From Podarcis tiliguerta (taxonomy: Eukaryota), in assembly GCA_965153285.1 (NCBI GenBank), contig OZ229113.1: a stretch of DNA of 64,000 nucleotides. The stretch is one strand, 5' to 3'. The position numbers and the translations under genes were made by a program. Below the pieces are notes generated by a model. That model was not told where the DNA came from and made no database searches. It worked only from the letters and a program-made list of their open reading frames with translations. Below are positions 62,111-64,000 of this stretch, in pieces (the first letter of the stretch is position 1; each line of letters starts with the position of its first letter).

Positions 62111-62365
62111 CAGGGTGGCCCAAGGCATTTTGCCACCTAGGGCAAAAATGCTCCACTCCCCTGCGCTGGATTCAGCAAACTCAGGATTGTCAAGAAGAAA
62201 GTAATCTTGGCAGGAGCGGAAGTGTTCTGCAGAGCTTTGCTGCCAGTCCCTCTCTGTTCTTAGAGGCCAGGGAGACCAGTGGTAAATCTGGGTCACGGAA
62301 CTGGGGTGTCATGCCCTGAGGGATGCTGCCTGAGGCAGCTGCCTCATGGGGTGGGCAAGGCTCTG
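62111..62365. mobile_element. hAT-like MITE (CAGGG...CTG ends)
   Basis: cagggtggcccaaggcattttgcc...tgctgcctgaggcagctgcctca...gggcaaggctctg. Confidence 0.5.
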
Positions 62366-62439
62366 AGTGGGGACTTACCAAACCAGACTACTGCTCTCCT
62401 CTCAGTCCTTTTTGGAAGGGGCAGAGGATAGGAACTAAC

Positions 62440-63059
62440 TGTGATGGCCTGGGACTTGGGCTCGGACTTGGAACCAGAGGAGTCTCAGTCCGCACTGGAT
62501 CCTTTGCCTCAGGCAGCATCTGAACCAAGTCTGGGGCCTGATTCGGAAGAGCCCCAGTCTGCACAGGTTCCCCCGCAACAAACATCAGCTGGGCCAAGTC
62601 AGGGGCCTGAGCCTGCCCTGGCTCCAGATGCGGGGATTACCTCATTGCCTTCAGCCGGGCAATCACTTACAGCTGCTCCACTACCAGTTGGGTCAAGAGA
62701 GGCTGAGGTGGCCTCTGGGTCTAGTAACCCACCAACATCTCCCAAGCTGCAGAGACTGAGGTCTGAGAGAAGGAGAGACCTGAGTACTTGCAGGAGGAGT
62801 GCTCGCCTTCGGGCGAGACAGGGAGGTGAGTCACTGGGGGATCAGGACCGGCCATTACCTCGACAAAGATAAAAGGCTGTTGGACCCTGCCCCAGGTTGC
62901 AGGAGCAACATAGCTGTTTGCCAGAACCTGCCTTAGACTCTTTGCCTGACCTTGCCTGGTTTCCTGCCTTGGCCCTGTTGGACTGACTCCTTGCAGAACC
63001 CTTGGGATACGGGACCAGACCTGGACTGCGTTGCTCGGGTTACCCCCGGGCCCAGTACA
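62440..63059 (+). mobile_element. Solo LTR (Gypsy-like), 620 bp
   Basis: TGT...ACA termini, perfect 5-bp TSD CTAAC (62435-62439 and 63060-63064), TATA-like GATAAAAG at ~62868. Confidence 0.9.
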
Positions 63060-63089
63060 CTAACCCAAGTAGAAAGCTGCTGCCTGGCT

Positions 63090-63317
63090 TTATTTTTTTA
63101 TTGCATTTATATATCTCAGTTATATATCTCCAAGGAGCTCAAGGTCATGTTCATAGTTCTCTTCCCCATTTTACCCTCACAAAATTCCTGTGCAGTGGGT
63201 TTGGTTGAGAGTGAGTGGTTGGCCCAAGGTCACCCAGTGAACTCCATGGCCAAGCGGGGATTTGAACTCTGATATTCCAGATCCAAATCCAACACTCTAA
63301 CCACTAAACCACACTGC
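63090..63317 (-). mobile_element. CORE-SINE (Squam3/MIR-like)
   Basis: Reverse-strand tRNA head (gatttgaactc B box; ctaaccact..accac A box), cccaaggtcacccag core and L2-type tail. Confidence 0.8.
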
Positions 63318-64000
63318 AGAAAGCTTTTAACTTAGCTGGTCCTGTCACTGTGCAGAGGACATTCCCCGCAAACCAGAGGCTTTTGGGATGTATTTTCACT
63401 TTATGCGTTCTGTGCCTTTATCCATTCTCTCGCCTTTCCCCCAAAGCCCTGCTGCTGTTGTCGAGGAAAGGAGGAGGTAAGAGAAGCCGTAGTATCTAAT
63501 AAGAAATTATAATGTGGCTTTGCATAAAGTGTTCAAAATCTTTTTGTCCACTAGAGAGCAATAGTGGGATTTGGAAATGGATTGTACTGCTGAATAAAAA
63601 CCCTTCTGTTGGGTAGAAACCAAGAGTGGAAAGCAGTTCCTTCTCCTTTTAAGTGGTAGAAAACAAAGCAAGATTTCCCATCCAGCCAAGCTGGGTATTT
63701 CATGGTTTCTTCATTTAAGCAGTAGGCAAACTCTGCACTGTAACAAAATGTTCCTGGGTTTAAACCGAATGCCCCAGAGAGAGGGGTGGGGGAAGAGGGT
63801 GTCATGGGGAAATAACTAGATAATGAAAGTAATCTTCCTTCTTGTCAACAGGCAATCATAAAAAATATTTAACAGCTGACAGTTCCTTGTAAATAATATT
63901 TTATCAATGCAAAGCAGTTCCACTCCCGGGTTCCCTTCAAAACCTGTACATGAGAATGAGGGAAAATGAGTGATGGTAGATAGCTACCAGGCAGTGGGAG

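Noticed and set aside
1-64000. CRISPR arrays, operons or prokaryotic defence systems
   Set aside because: The sequence is intron-rich vertebrate DNA; there is no regularly spaced repeat-spacer structure.

Overview
This is vertebrate genomic DNA, most likely from a lacertid lizard (Sauria SINE, tRNA/CR1-tailed SINE, Squam3-like SINE, CR1, L2 and hAT MITE content). It holds two complete, convergent protein-coding genes in the arrangement known from human 1q21. BCL9 (+ strand; 7 coding exons, 29050-43973, 1414 aa) is the Wnt/beta-catenin-Pygopus adaptor. It has a CpG-island promoter at ~9.1-11.5 kb and at least two further non-coding 5' exons. ACP6 (- strand; 10 exons, 60434-46837, 412 aa) is the lysophosphatidic acid phosphatase, with a CpG-island promoter at ~60-61 kb. 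All exon boundaries were read by hand; they are GT-AG and phase-consistent. The rest is intronic/intergenic sequence with squamate repeats. The most notable observations are: (1) a uORF-dense BCL9 leader, including a 60-aa basic uORF and an apparently frameshifted N-terminal extension; (2) two different solo LTRs that both carry a similarly built small ORF ending in an R-x-S-x-R-L motif; (3) a degenerate Academ-like transposase relic; (4) hAT MITEs whose core matches the ZNF143/THAP11 motif also present in the ACP6 promoter. No prokaryotic-type system, CRISPR array or true tRNA/rRNA gene was seen. Comparisons to human, fish and repeat consensus sequences are from memory and need database confirmation.
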